DNA of 63,536 bases, counting the filler, from Saprolegnia diclina VS20 (lineage: Eukaryota), in assembly GCF_000281045.1 (NCBI RefSeq). It is 10 parts of 3 records of this genome, joined end to end, with 100 filler letters (N's around TTAATTAATTAA, not from the genome) between each part and the next. Parts side by side here need not be neighbours in the genome. Positions count along the whole stretch, not along the records: positions 5,179 to 26,793 come from NW_008246123.1; 9 more parts are not named here. The stretch is one strand, 5' to 3'. The notes under the pieces were generated by a model, which saw nothing but the letters and a program-made list of their open reading frames with translations, was not told where the DNA came from and did no database searches. This document shows positions 10,849-23,668 of this stretch, piece by piece. Every line of letters begins with the position of its first letter. Position 1 is the stretch's first letter. The translations under genes were made by a program, and so were the position numbers.

Positions 10849-11505
10849 TTAGTGCACGGTGCTCTGGAAGCCGCACGTGGTGCCGTAGTAGCCCGGAAAG
10901 CACTGGCAGTCGCCCGTGACGTAGTCGCACGTCCCGCGGCCGCCGCAGTCGCGGCCTTCGTTGGCGCCGTACCCAAGGAGCACATCGGACGCGCTCGGGC
11001 ACTCCTTGAGCGAGCAGTCGGGGCCGCGATAGCCTTGGTCGCACACGCAGCCGTAGGACTTGGTTGCGTCCCACGCCAACGTGTACGTCCCGGGCGCCTG
11101 CGCGCTGGACGCGAGAATGCTCTTGAGCGAGAGACACACGCCGTGGTGGTTGCACTCGTTCGGGCAGCTCATGCGCTCGCACGCCTTGCCTTCGTACCCG
11201 GGAAAGCACTGGCAAATGCCCGACCCGAAGTCGCAGAGGCCGCGGTTCGAGCACTCGACGAGGGCGTGCCCGACGTTGTCGGCGGTCGGGACGTCGACGA
11301 AGGCGACGCCACGCGAGCACGTCCGGCGCGAGCAGTCGGCGCCTGTAAACATGGGCTGGAACTGGTCGGTCGATTCGTCGTTACGGAGGTAGCACGTGCA
11401 CTTGTCGTTGGCGCCGCACGTACCCTGCGCGTTGCAGCCGTTGGGGCAGTAGGCTTCGATCGCAGGCAGCAGCGCCGCCAGCGCGCAGATGAGGACCCAC
11501 TTCAT
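10849..11505 (-). CDS. Secreted EGF-repeat protein, stramenopile mastigoneme/Sig-like family, 218 aa
   Basis: Signal peptide MKWVLICALAALLPAIEA, then Cys-rich EGF units (GADCSRRTC, ECSNRGLCD..SGICQCFPGYEGKAC, CPNECNHHGVC, GYRGPDCS). Confidence 0.8.
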   Translation of the reverse strand: MKWVLICALAALLPAIEAYCPNGCNAQGTCGANDKCTCYLRNDESTDQFQPMFTGADCSRRTCSRGVAFVDVPTADNVGHALVECSNRGLCDFGSGICQCFPGYEGKACERMSCPNECNHHGVCLSLKSILASSAQAPGTYTLAWDATKSYGCVCDQGYRGPDCSLKECPSASDVLLGYGANEGRDCGGRGTCDYVTGDCQCFPGYYGTTCGFQSTVH

Positions 11506-11949
11506 GCGTGCCGGGCTGGGTTTTCGCAAGTGACCGTTGCTGAGGAACGTAGAGCGTCGGTTTGCCGGGTCGCGCCTCCTCAAGATCCATAAATACCTCT
11601 CAAAATGCATACATCGAAGGTCTTCCTCGGGGTTGGCTGCTGCTGCTACCTGTAGAAACCGATACCATCGATCGAAGAATTGCTCGAGCTCTATGTTTGG
11701 GCAACGCCCGCCGGTGGTCCAGTGCACCACGAGGTGTTCGCAAGCTGGAGAAACCAACGCCATTCCACTCAACATCAAAATATGATGTTCAGACCTCGTT
11801 CGGCAAGGGCGATTTGAGACGTCATGAATATCAAAAATGTAGTATTGAGATTCAGATTTGACCTTGTGCTTGTGACGAGGGCGACGCCCGAAGATCGCGG
11901 TTCGCGTCGATGATTGGCCGTGGCACCCGAGGGCTAAAAATAGATTGCC

Positions 11950-14447
11950 ATGGAGCCGCGGCCGCGCTCGGAGCATGGACCGTCGCCAGCGTACGTCCTG
12001 TCAACGCGCTCCTGGCGCCGACGCGCTTGGTGTAGGGCGAGTCCGAAGCTTTCGTCGCGTGGGCGCCCGGCGACGACGCCGGTAGCTACTACGCGTCGTC
12101 GACGTTGCCACGCTCACGGCGACGTTGTAGAAGCTGCGCGTTCACAAGATCTTGTCGCTGCCCCAAAAAGCGACCACACCGCCGCCCGAGACGGCGCCCA
12201 GCGACGCGCCGCAAGTGTTCTTTATGACCAACCTACCCGCCTCGCCGCCCAAGCCTGCCGTACGTGAGCTGTTCCTGCGACCCATTGCCATATATCCGAC
12301 TCCAGGACGCGTCCGAGAGCTGCGACGACGGCGAGGATGCAAGTCCTTCGCCGTCAATGAACATGGCCGGCGTCAATGCAATCGAAATGCTATCGGCGAT
12401 CGCGGCGAGCAAGCCATCGGCGCGCTCCGAGCTCGACCGCGCCGAGCCCAGCTGTACATCTGCGGCCGACTCGGACGACGCAAGTAGTATCGATGGCGAC
12501 GCCATGCCGGAAGTTGATAATGAAAACGACTCGGAAGAGCGCGCAGGTGCACCCAACCAAAACGAGGGCCACGAGGAGCCCGAGGCCGACACCGACGAGA
12601 ACCCAGAGGCCACGCCACCGGCTGCCCCGTTGGCGACGCCCGAGGTCGACGGCGGTGGCTACTACGCTCAGTGGCGCCAGCAAATGGTAGCCTTGCCAAC
12701 GACACCACATTCTGATGCATCGTGCAGGCGAGCGCCGAGGCGGCGCGGGCAGCGCTCGAGGCCGACTTGCGACAGTACGTCGACTCGCTGCACGCCAAAG
12801 CCGACGACACGGGTGTGAACAGCGATGTCTAACGAGGGGATACGAGCCAGGCAATAGGCGAGACGATCGTGGCGTTTCCCGACAACTACAACGACGTGGT
12901 GGCCCTCATGACGAGCAAAGACGTGCGACGCCATCCTATTTTTGATGCGATAAGAACGTATTTCTTGGCGCAGGTGCAAGATACGTCGGCCACACCGTGG
13001 ACACGGGCGCTGCTGCACGACGGCCTCGCGCGCACCCACGCTTTTGTTGGACCTTTGCAGGATTTCGAGCTGGTATTGACGACGCGGGGAGTAGGGAAGC
13101 ATCCCGGGCGAAGACGCGCCGTCCGAGCTCAACATGAAGATCGCCAAGGGCATTGCTCTCATTCGGAAAAACGACCTCATCCTCGAAGGTCTCAACGAGG
13201 TGTGTCGTCCACCGATGCCGTAGGACAGAATGGAACCTGCGGCGGTAGAAGCTGCACGGCTCGTGGAGCGCCAAGCCGTTCCTGTCGCAACCGGCTTCAG
13301 CGTACCGCGAATGGCCTCACATGACGCTCATGCTTGTCGATAGGAAGCGCACCAATGTCGCCCAGCGGATCAAAGACAAGGTCGAAGCCGCCAAGAGCTA
13401 CGACGCCACCGACTTCGTCGCCCGCAACAAGGAAATGAAGCTCGCGGGCAAGCACCTGACGCGAAACGAAGAGGCGCGTGTGGCGCAGCTCCTTGTCGAC
13501 GACGCCGCCCCCACCGATGTACGCCATAGGAATACGCTCGAAAGTTGCAAAATCGCGTAGCAGCCCGAGCCGCTACGCCCGGCGTTTGCCGCACCAGACG
13601 AAGCGCGCTTGGCCGCTCTCGACGCGACGTTAGAGGTAGACCTCGTGCTGCCAGGAAGCAGGAATGTAGCACCGTACAACGGCTTTAGACGATGCTGGAG
13701 ACGCGCAAGGCCGACCCGAACGCAGTTTTGCACGGCGCCGTCGTGATTCCGTCGGCGTGGGCGGGCGGCGACGAGCGCTACAAGAAGGACCGACTCGCCA
13801 CCATTGACGCGACCCTTCAGGCATTCCGGTACGTAGCGATCTCACGAAGTGTGAAGCAAGCATGGAAGGTAGCGACGAAGAGAATGGGGTCGCGCTGGAC
13901 GACGACTGCATCTCGTTTCGCAGTGGTAGCAGTCGGCAAACGAGCATCTACTCGTTGGCAAGCACGAGGTAGGGTTCTACTCAAAGCCAAGATTCTTCAA
14001 CGGTGCGTAGCGCATCGAGCCGCACGGTCACCAAGCGGCAGCTCCACGACATCACCCAAAGCGCCAAAGACGAAGTCACCGAGAAGGCACCGGCAGCAGC
14101 GATCCAGCAGGTGCGTCGGCCTCGCTGCAAGCGACTTGTTGATTGTTGAGGCATAGCTGCTTTCATCGCTCTCGGGCATCACGATCGAAATCCGCGACGA
14201 TGACGACGACGACGAGGCGACGGCGCCTGACGAGCTACCGCCACATGGTGGCACGGCACCGGTGCAACCGCACAAGCCCATGCACGAGATCCGACCTTCT
14301 CTCATCGGACCAAGGAAAAGTCGCGTGGACGTCGGACCCACGGTGTCCTCGGTGGCCAAGGCGTCGTCCGCCTTCGCGCACTTGTTTACGCTTCCGTTCG
14401 AAGCCCAAGGCCACCGCAAAGTTGTGACGAGCATGCATCACCGGTAG
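11950..14447 (+). CDS. Multi-exon low-complexity/coiled-coil protein with FSIP1-like segments
   Basis: Many short GT-AG introns separate coding-biased exons. KIAKGIALIRKNDLILE and DFVARNKEMK...LTRNEEARVAQLL resemble FSIP1-family motifs. The exon structure is approximate. Confidence 0.5.
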
Positions 14448-15048
14448 CACCTGTCCTTAGTAGAGCTATTTAATAACACGCCTGTCAACGAGACTTGTTT
14501 TTGGCAGCGCAAAAAGCGCGGGAGACGAGGGTTAGGGTCAAGGTGATGTACGACAGCTTTATGTCGTCACGTCTCGATGCACATGAAAGGGGGTGCAACA
14601 AAAAACGAAGAGCGGGAAAGGGAGGGACGACGAGGTAGTACTCAGCAAGGACGGGGAACCTGGCACCTCGGTCAAATGGAGAACGATCGTTGCCGACCGT
14701 ACTCCTAGAAGAGACCGAGCAGCAGCACGCCGTTTGCAGTCGAGAGGACTATTGAACGCGTGCGGCGAGTGCACGATGGCACGATTCATCATAGCGGTGG
14801 TGAACTGCTACGATGAATCCTGAATGTTGAGCAAAGAACCTCCGTCGTCGCAGACCCAGGTACGCATCATCCACACAGAGGTCGGCAATGCAACACCACA
14901 TATACCACGAAAACTAACAATGTAGACTGTAGAAAATACGTCGCGCTACGCCTGGATGTGTGGGAGTTGGACTTGGTCGCTGGGAGTGTACTGCGAAGCG
15001 ATCCATCCAGAATAGTATATCAAAAGTACAACAGGTGCCTTATTCGAC

Positions 15049-16642
15049 TTAGAGCGCGACGCGGGCGCGGGCAATCGCGGCCAGTTGGGCCCAGTCGGTG
15101 CGCTGAATCATGGCGTAGAAGATGAAAAAGCACGTGCCGCAGCCGACAGTAAAGCCGAGCCAGACGCCGCCAAGGTTGTAGTCCCAGAGAAACCCCGCAA
15201 CGTACGCCAGCGGCAGACCAATGCCATAGTACGAGCAAATGTTGATCACTAGGCAGAGATATTTTGTGAGACATGTTTGTATCAAGAATGTATCAACGAC
15301 GCACCCGCCGCGATCTTCTGCCGGCCTTGGCCACGGAAGATGCCTTCGCAGATGCCGTTGAGGCCGTCAAAGACCTGCAGCGGCACCATGAAAAAGATGG
15401 ACGCGGCGACGCTCTGGACGGTGAGCTCGTCACTGATGAAGAGGAGGGGCAGCTGGTGTCGGAAGAGCACGTAGAGCGACCCCATGAGCACGGCCGAGCC
15501 AAAGCCGCCGTACAAAGCGAGGCGCGCGATGAGCTGGGCACGGCGCGGTTGGTTGGCGCCGAGCGAATTGCCAATGCCAACGTTCGCCGCGATCGCAATC
15601 CCGAGGAAGATCATAAAGCTGGCCGTGAGGAGGTTCCCGAGCACCGAGTTGATGCTCACGGCTTCAATGCTGTTGGGGAGGAGGCCTGCGAGAAACGCGA
15701 GACAGCAAAATGCCCACCACGACACGGCGAGCATGACCATTGACGGAAAGCCGAGCGAGAGGAAGAGCGAGACGTGGTCGGTCGCCTCTTTCCACTGGAA
15801 CCCAGGCCACCACAAGGACGTGTTGTCTTGGTTCCAGTATAGGTACGGGAGGATGCTCAGTGGCAGCGCAATGTTGCCGACGACACGCCCCATCGCCGCG
15901 CCGAGGTACCCGTACGACGTGTAGTACGTCATGTAGTAGCCGGTCGCAATGTTGACGGCGACGCCAAGAAACGCAATGAACGTCATCGGAAGCACAATGT
16001 TCTGGGCCTGCATGAGCTTCTTGAGGAGCTCGTAGACGAAGAGGAAGGGCACGCCAAGCATCGTGATGCGGGAAAAGTCGCCCGCGAGCACCGCGACTTC
16101 CGGGTTTTGGCCAAAACCAATCAGGATCGAGTCGGCGTGGAGGTTCATGAGCCAGATCGGCAAGAGCGAGAGGCCGAGGACGATGAGACCGCTCTGAAGG
16201 TAGATGCCAAGCTTCTCAAGCTTGCCTAATGGAAGCCGTTGGAGAATGGCTACGACGAGTCAATGCACGTACCGGCGCCATACGCCTGCGAGCAGAGCGT
16301 GTCCATGGCCGACGCGAGGCCAAAACCGATCGCAAGCGCCGTGATGTTGGTCACCGTGGCCGAGAGGTACGCAGCATTGATGTACAGATTCGTATCACTC
16401 GAGTCCATGTGGCCGACGAGCGAGACGCAGATCGTGCCTGGCAGCGTCTCGAGCAAGTAGGCGAAAAACTAGATCTGAGTGGTGGGCCAACCGAAGCGAT
16501 AGAGCAGACGTACGACAGGGTACGCGAGGTGAAACATCTTGGACGCTTCGTGGCGGGCGCACGGCGTGACCTCGGTCGTCACCTCGACGTCGAGCGCATA
16601 CTCGTCCTTGGACTTGAGCGGCTTGGCTTCGTCCGACGCCAT
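15049..16642 (-). CDS. MATE (MatE) family efflux transporter, multi-exon
   Basis: GFGLASAMDTLCSQAYGA, IGNSLGANQP and GIFRGQGRQKIAA..INICSYYGIGLP, with many hydrophobic helices. Confidence 0.95.
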
Positions 16643-17751
16643 GAATTGTGCAATGCCAGCACCATCGGATTGGCTCGACGACACCAGATGGCGCGGGTTT
16701 CGACCAATCACAGCTCGCGTATCCAAGGGCAAAGTGCCCTTTTTAAATGCAAGATTCAATTCACCATACCAAAAGCAAGAGAAGCGAGGAGAGATAAATT
16801 AAAGACGGTCAACGCGACTTCAAGCTCCAGCGCGATCTTGGACGCCATTGAATGGCCAGCGCGCGACGCCTGGACCGATGATTCCGAGCCTCCGAGAGTG
16901 TTGCCACAGTACTACGGTGACGCAACATCAAGGCAAGGTCTAATAGCACCAGTGGCAAGTGCGATCTTTTGCGCGAACATCCGTTTTTGCTCGTGTTCGA
17001 ATACCGGTAGCCGGCTTCGGCAGGAAGACCACTTTAGCTGTGGGTGGCTGGGATAGAACCGGTAGGATAGAGGAAGACGACCACCCAAATAAGCTTGGAC
17101 CACGGAGATGGGCACGCACGACGACGACGAACGACGGGGGTGTCATCATTTCCGGCCACTGGACAAAAAAGTATCTTTGGGACTCGACGCCATGACAGTG
17201 ACGTCAAGGTCGACGCGTCTAGCATTGTTCCCGTGTCGCTTGTAGTACACACAAGCGAGCGGTGTGCTAACGAGTGCGCTAAGATCTCATTGCACCTACC
17301 TCGTCAAGGAACTTGCTTGATGAGGTGTCTATTCTTCCGGCTGCGCGAGGTTACCGGTAATCGCGCAGCCGGATGAATATACGTTAGCACTGGTGCGATC
17401 TAGAATGCCTATTCGGATGAGTATTGTCCTCGACGTTCACTAGCAAACACTTCGATATTTGCTGCGTGGACAGAGTGCAAAGCATGGAGAACATTGTCAC
17501 TGCGAGACAACCTGGCGGACTTCGGGGTAAGGTACAGGAGCGAACTCACACACGGTGCTATTCCATCATTGGTCAAAACTAAGTCCGACACGGCTGCGGA
17601 TTGGCTGGAAAATGAAGGTACGTTTTGCTGTCACACGTACACGTACATTCAAAGTATACTGACAACAAGTAAAACAGTCCGTTCGAACGTAACGTACGAC
17701 CCGTGGGAACGGTCTTTGGCTGAATCGCCGACAGAATCCCTTTTCGCGAAC

Positions 17752-18394
17752 ATGGCCGAGATGACCAAGGCGCGCGAGGTCAAGGTCGTGCTCCTCGGCG
17801 ATACGGGCGTCGGCAAGTCGTCGCTCGTCCTCCGCTTCGTGACCAACAACTTCCGCCCGTACTCGGAGTCGACCATCGGCGCGAGCTTCATGTCCAAGAT
17901 GCTGCTCGTCGGCGACCAAGCCATCAAGTATCAGATCTGGGATACCGCCGGGCAGGAAAAGTACCATTCGCTTGCGCCCATGTACTACCGCGGCGCCGCG
18001 GCCGCGATCGTCGTCTACGACATTACGCGCAAGCAGTCGCTCCAGACGCTCAAGAACTGGGTCAAGGAGTTGAAGCAGCTCGGCCCGGACAACATTGTGA
18101 TTGCGATCGCAGGCAACAAGTCGGACCTCAAGGACAAGCGGGTACGCGTCGCCGCCGACCCGACCTTCTTTCCTGATGCCAATGCCATAGGAAGTGAGCT
18201 CGGAGACGGCCAAGGCGTACGCCGACGAGATTGGCGCCGTCTTTGTCGAGACGAGTGCGAAGGAAGATACGAACGTCTCGGACCTCTTCAAGACGATCAG
18301 CCAGCAGCTGCCGTCGCCCGCGGGCGACAACAACGCGCTCCCAGAGATCGTCGACCCGTACGGTGGCGGCAAGAAGAAGGGCGGATGCTGCTAA
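17752..18394 (+). CDS. RAB22: Rab22/Rab31-type (Rab5 group) small GTPase
   Basis: KVVLLGDTGVGKSS, WDTAGQE, LAPMYYRG, WVKELKQLGPDNIVIAIAGNKSD, ETSAK and a C-terminal GGCC. There is a 49-bp intron at 18142-18190. Confidence 0.88.
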
Positions 18395-18449
18395 TTCGCT
18401 TCTTCATCTTTTGTGTGACTAATATTACCCAACGACAAACCTCAACTAG

Positions 18450-20534
18450 CTAAGCCTGCGCAAGCAGTGCATGGTACGCAGCGACGTCGGCTTCCGGCAG
18501 GCGCGCGCGGTGTCTGGCCATCTCGTACAGCCGCGTGAGCCACACCTTGGAGCGCGTGTACGTCAGCGCTTCGTGGAAGACCGCGACGTACGTCTCGGGC
18601 CGCGTGCGCACCTGCGGGAGGAGGCGGATGACCACCTTGTAGCGCTTGCAGCGCATCATTAGCACGAGTGCTTCGTCGAGTAGCGGCACCGGAATCTCGG
18701 CCGTCGGGAGCACGTCCGCCAGCGCCTTCATGCTCGCATGGCGGCCGACGCGGACGAGGAGGCGCACGTACTGCGTCTCGACGCGGGCGTCGACGGCCGA
18801 CTTGTCGACCGCCATGGCAAACACAGCTTGGATGCGGTCACTGTCCTCAATCTGCCCGAGCGCTGAGAGCGCAGCCGAGACCAGCATCGGGTCCCAAGCG
18901 TGCGAGGCCGTTAGGATCGCGAGGAGCGTGTCGCCCGGTGCGCGGCCAAAGGACGCAATCGAGACCAAGTGCGTGCTGGCAATGCTGCTGTCGCTCGACC
19001 ACGACGACGAGGACGTCACGGCGTTGACGGCGTCGACCATCGATTGCCGTGTCGCGTCGTCGGCGTCATCCAGCGCTTTGCAGCTCTGCGCGACGAGGCT
19101 CAGCGTCGTCTTGTTGGGGACCACGCCAGTTGACGCGAGCGCGTGGAAGAGGCGCAAGACGAGCGCGTCGTCGTTGGCGCGGCGGGCGGCGGTGAGCACG
19201 GGCACGGCCAAGTGCGATGGTACCTCCTCTTTATGGTGTTGCAGGGTCGTCTCGAGGAGCGACGCCGTTGACGCCCAGAGCGCCGTCGCGTCCTCCGGGA
19301 GCGCGTCGAGTACCGCGTAGAGCATCGTGTACGGGACCCTACCCTCAATCACATTAGCACCGAACCCTAGGAGCACCATGGAACGTACGGAAAAGGCGAC
19401 AGCTGATGGAGCACGGTGATCGCCGAGGCCAAGTCGTCGCGGTCCATGGCCGTGTAGAAGACATCGTAGAGCGTCGGCAGCGTCTTCTCGTCGGTGGCGT
19501 GCGTGGTCGCCAAGGTCGCGGTCAGAGGCAGCACGTTCTCGAGCGCATGGCCCAAGTGCACGTGCCCCGCAATTTGCGCCTGGACAAGTCTAGAGCATAA
19601 TAGTTGAAGGATGTATCGACGACGGGGCGATCGTACGACGCGTCGGACGGCAGCTGGAGCTTGGGGATGTTGTGCAGGAGCCGCTCGAGGTGCGCGTTGT
19701 GGTGGTTGAAGAGGCACGCTTGCAAGAGCAGTCGCACCGACGTCGGCGTCGGCAGAATACCTTGCGCCAGCATGCGCGAGAAGAACTAGACGCACGCAAA
19801 GTCGTCTGCGGTGGAGATGGGACAGAGCACGTACGTCGAAGACGCGGTCGATCGGGTAGAGGCTGCCTAGCGCACGCAGGACGTTGTCGCAGCCTTTGGC
19901 CGTCCATGACGACGGCGCCGCGTCGATTGCGCGCAAGAGCTCTTCGCAGTCGTCGTGGCGCTCGAGGCGCGCGCAGGCGTACAGCACGCGCGCTTGCAGG
20001 TGCATGTCTGCGTGTACCTGCTGACGGACGATCGCGATGGCGTCGTCCACCTGAAGCGCCTGAGCGACGAGCAAGGAAAGAGGAGCGATGACTACCTGGT
20101 CGAGGTTGCAGTACGCGCGGACCGCAATGTCGCGAAAGGTGTCGGTGACCTTGTCGGCGCGCTGGCGGCATTGCGTCTCGTAGAGGCTAGCGGCGGCGGC
20201 GTCGTCGTGGCCGAGGAGCGCCGCGGCAGTGGCTTCAAACATGTCCTAGCACACTGCGATAAGACGACGTATGGGCGAGGACAACGATGTGTACGAGTGA
20301 GAGCTCGTGCGGGAAGCGATCTTCAAGGGCCATCCACACGTCCTGTGTCAGCGCGGGGCGGCCCGCCGCCATCGAGTCGTACCACACGCGGACGTAGTCG
20401 CTCACGGGGGCGGGCATCGGCGCGCGCTGGATCGCGCTCCACGCAGCTTCAACGTGCTCGGCCGACGACGCCAAGAGGCGCACGGACGCGCGGACCGTCC
20501 GCGGGAGGATGCATCGGCGCGCGGCTGACAGCAT
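18450..20534 (-). CDS. Multi-exon helical-repeat (PPR-like) protein with a probable mitochondrial presequence
   Basis: Arg/Ser/Leu-rich N-terminus MLSAARRCILPRTVRASVRLL; PPR-like segments MLAQGILPTPTSVRLLLQAC and LFHALASTGVVPNKTTLSLVAQSC. Confidence 0.65.
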
Positions 20535-20856
20535 GTCCTAAATTCAAAAATGCAAATTGAGGCAAATCGGACTTTTTAAACGTGGCATGTGCCGCTTTTA
20601 AGAACCGGTCGGTTGCTTGTGCTTTACGGCGCCAACCTGCTACTCGGATAGAGACGTCCATCTTAGACCGTACCAAGCGCTACTGCCGACGCCGGGCTCA
20701 CGTTGCCCACCGGCATATGGGTCCACGAGCTGGGTCCACGGGTCGGTCGGTGGCTGGCCTGTCTACAAGTGGGGTGATTTTAGTCGATGAAATTGGGAGC
20801 AGAGTGTTGGTCGTCGAACAAGACCACCAAGATCCAAGCGCATTTTGGCCTGTCCC

Positions 20857-22260
20857 ATGGGCGCCGGCGACGTGCTCTCGCACCTGCTGCCGCTCGTCGT
20901 GGAGTACCAAGACGGCGTCCGCTACGACTTTCTGCCGTACGTTCGCCCGTACTTGGCGGCTCGGCGCCGCTGGCGCGGGCTTGTGGCACAGCACGGCCGC
21001 CGCGCGCACGCAGCGATGGCGTCGGAGTGCACGTGCGAGCACACACCGAGCAGCCTCTGCCTCTCGACGCTCAGCGGCCCTGCCGTGTGCGTGGCACACG
21101 AAATCGCGTACCACGTGCATCTTGCGATCCGAGAAAACAACGTTCCGGCGCTGACCGGCTGGCTGCGCTACGCGCCAGACGCAGCGACGCCGCTCGCCAT
21201 CACGTGCGCAGCGCGCTACGGTGCCATCGACTGCCTTCAGCGGCTCGTGGCGTCAGTGCCAAGCGATGCGCTGCCGATGCGAGCGCTCGAGTACGCCGTC
21301 GAGCTCGGGCACGACGCGATCTTTGCCGCCTTGTACCCTCGGTTCACACCGGCGCGTCTGGTCCACGACGGCGACACGAACCTCCTGGACTTGGCTGCCA
21401 GCGTCGGCCATCTCCGCATCGTTCAAGCGCTCCACACGGCGGCATACCCTTGCGGCGCCACCGTCCTGGCCATGGATGCGGCGAGTTCGAACGGCCATGA
21501 AGAGGTCGTCCGCTACTTGCATCAGCACCGTAGCGAAGGCGCGTCGGTGGCTGCGCTCGACGGTGCCGCCGCCGCTGGGCACTTGGCCATTGTCGCCTTT
21601 CTACACGCAACGCAGCAGGAGGCGACAGCCCGTGCGCTCGAAATGGCAGCAGCCAACGGCCACCTCGCCGTCGTCGAGTACCTCTGCACGCATCGGCGCG
21701 AGGGGTGCCGGGCGTATGCGATCGACGACGCAGCCAAGAACGGCCATTTAAAGGTCGTCCAATACCTCCACGCACGCGGCTTTGCCGCTACATTTCGCGC
21801 CATGAACAACGCGGCGCTCAACGGGCACTTGGCCATTTTGACGTTTCTGCATGACGCGCGCAATGAAGGCTGCACGGTTTTCGCGATGGACTGGGCGGCG
21901 TCCAAAGGCTACTTGGACGTTGTGCGCTTCTTGGATACGTACCGCGACGAAGGGTGCACGACGCGCGCAATGAACGGCGCCGCCAAGGCCGGCCATTTGG
22001 CCGTGGTCGCGCACCTGCATCACCACCGAACCGAGGGCTGTACAACCGACGCGATCGACTGCGCCGCGGCCAACGGACACGCCGATGTGGTCGAGTTTCT
22101 GGTGACGCACCGCAGCGAAGGGTTCACGCCCCGCGCACTGTACGCGGCCGCCGAGAAAGCGGACGTTGGCCTATTTGAGCGCCTCCGCAGTGCGTACCCC
22201 GGGCTCCGCCGGGGCGCGCGCGCGGCCTTTTGCCAGGCCGAGGCTGCCCTCGTCGCCTAA
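20857..22260 (+). CDS. Ankyrin-repeat protein (oomycete-expanded type)
   Basis: About nine repeats of AMD.AA.NGHL.VV..LH..R.EGCT. Confidence 0.93.
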   Translation: MGAGDVLSHLLPLVVEYQDGVRYDFLPYVRPYLAARRRWRGLVAQHGRRAHAAMASECTCEHTPSSLCLSTLSGPAVCVAHEIAYHVHLAIRENNVPALTGWLRYAPDAATPLAITCAARYGAIDCLQRLVASVPSDALPMRALEYAVELGHDAIFAALYPRFTPARLVHDGDTNLLDLAASVGHLRIVQALHTAAYPCGATVLAMDAASSNGHEEVVRYLHQHRSEGASVAALDGAAAAGHLAIVAFLHATQQEATARALEMAAANGHLAVVEYLCTHRREGCRAYAIDDAAKNGHLKVVQYLHARGFAATFRAMNNAALNGHLAILTFLHDARNEGCTVFAMDWAASKGYLDVVRFLDTYRDEGCTTRAMNGAAKAGHLAVVAHLHHHRTEGCTTDAIDCAAANGHADVVEFLVTHRSEGFTPRALYAAAEKADVGLFERLRSAYPGLRRGARAAFCQAEAALVA

Positions 22261-22627
22261 TCTACTAAACACGCGCTGCAAGAGCGTAGTCCATTGTGCA
22301 TGCTACTTGAATCGAATGCGTTAGTCGCTCGATTTCAAGTCTAGTCGAAGGAACGCATGTGCTCGAGTAGTTGCGCGAGCCAGAGATAAGCACGTTGACA
22401 CAGGTGGACGCACGTGTGCTGTGACGACCGACGATAGCAGTCACGAGGCGCGTCACCGTCGCCGCACGATTACTCCGCCGCGACACCACCACGGGCGACT
22501 AGCCCTAACTACCGAGCTACTACGTAGTCGTTTGCAAGACAAGGACGGTGAGTGCAGAAGTCTTCTTCTTATACGCTTCGTAAACTACTATCCAACGACG
22601 ACTAGACAAAGGAGCAACTAATAACGA

Positions 22628-23308
22628 CTACAAGTGAAATTCGCCGCGGGGCATGAGCTTCTCGGTCTTGTCGACGTCGTCGTCTTCGGCGAGCGAAAAG
22701 TTGCCCCGGGGCACGAGATTTTCCGTCTTGTCTTGGTCGATGGTGGCGAGCGCACGGCCGGTCGTGTCGTCGCCGCGCGGGCTGAGCATCGGGATGCTCC
22801 CCGGAATGCAGCGCTGCGGGCCATAGTTGCCCCGGGGCACCAGATTCTCGACGGCGTCCGGGTGTGATGGGCGGCGCATGACGCAGTTGTAGCCTAGCGA
22901 GAGGCCGAAGAGGGTCGCGAGGCCAAAGGACGCGGCGACACTCCAGTCGAGGCCCGCGCACGCGACGTGGTAGGACGCCATGGTCACGTCACACAAAGCG
23001 ACCTTGCGCTGCGCCATGTAGCCGACGACGACGCAGCACAGCACGAGGATGCCATCGATGAAGCGCTCGAGCACGATGTCGACGCTTGGCTGGCGGAGCA
23101 GGCCGACGCCAACGAGGTAGAGCAACCCGATCTGCACCGACGTGTAGCCAACGACGACGCTCACAAACTGGTACGTCTGCGCGTACCGGTACCGGTCGCC
23201 GTCGACGAGCGTAAAGGTGCCGTAGGTGAGCATGGTGCTGACGACGAGAGCGACGCCGCCGAGGGCGTGGAGCCCGCGGAGGATCAGGAGCGCTGTGCGC
23301 CGGGGCAT
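22628..23308 (-). CDS. Four-TM (MARVEL-like) membrane protein with repeated PRG tail motifs, 226 aa
   Basis: Four hydrophobic segments, DIVLERFIDG, and tail motifs ENLVPRGNY, LSPRGD, ENLVPRGNF and LMPRGEF. Confidence 0.75.
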   Translation of the reverse strand: MPRRTALLILRGLHALGGVALVVSTMLTYGTFTLVDGDRYRYAQTYQFVSVVVGYTSVQIGLLYLVGVGLLRQPSVDIVLERFIDGILVLCCVVVGYMAQRKVALCDVTMASYHVACAGLDWSVAASFGLATLFGLSLGYNCVMRRPSHPDAVENLVPRGNYGPQRCIPGSIPMLSPRGDDTTGRALATIDQDKTENLVPRGNFSLAEDDDVDKTEKLMPRGEFHL

Positions 23309-23668
23309 GCTGCGACGAATGCCACCGCAAGCGCTGCCCGCGACCGGCACGGCCACCTGGACCTGGAGAACGCGCGGCGAGCCAATGGCGATCGTCAGGC
23401 AGCCCAGCTGACACGGATTTATCACTACCGTCTCATTTTCTCTGGCACCGAGTCACCAAGTGCTTGCATTTGACCTTTTGTGGTGCAATAGAGACAGTGC
23501 TGGGAAGGCGACCTCGTCCACAAGCGGTGACGGGGCGGGTTGGTCACGCAGCGTGTCAAGATCGCTGGTCGAGCCGGCCCGTCGAACGTGCTGGTCGAGC
23601 GTGCTATTCATAAGAGCACAAGCAACAGCGCAAGGCGCCACTCGATTAATGATAGGACAAGGTACAAA

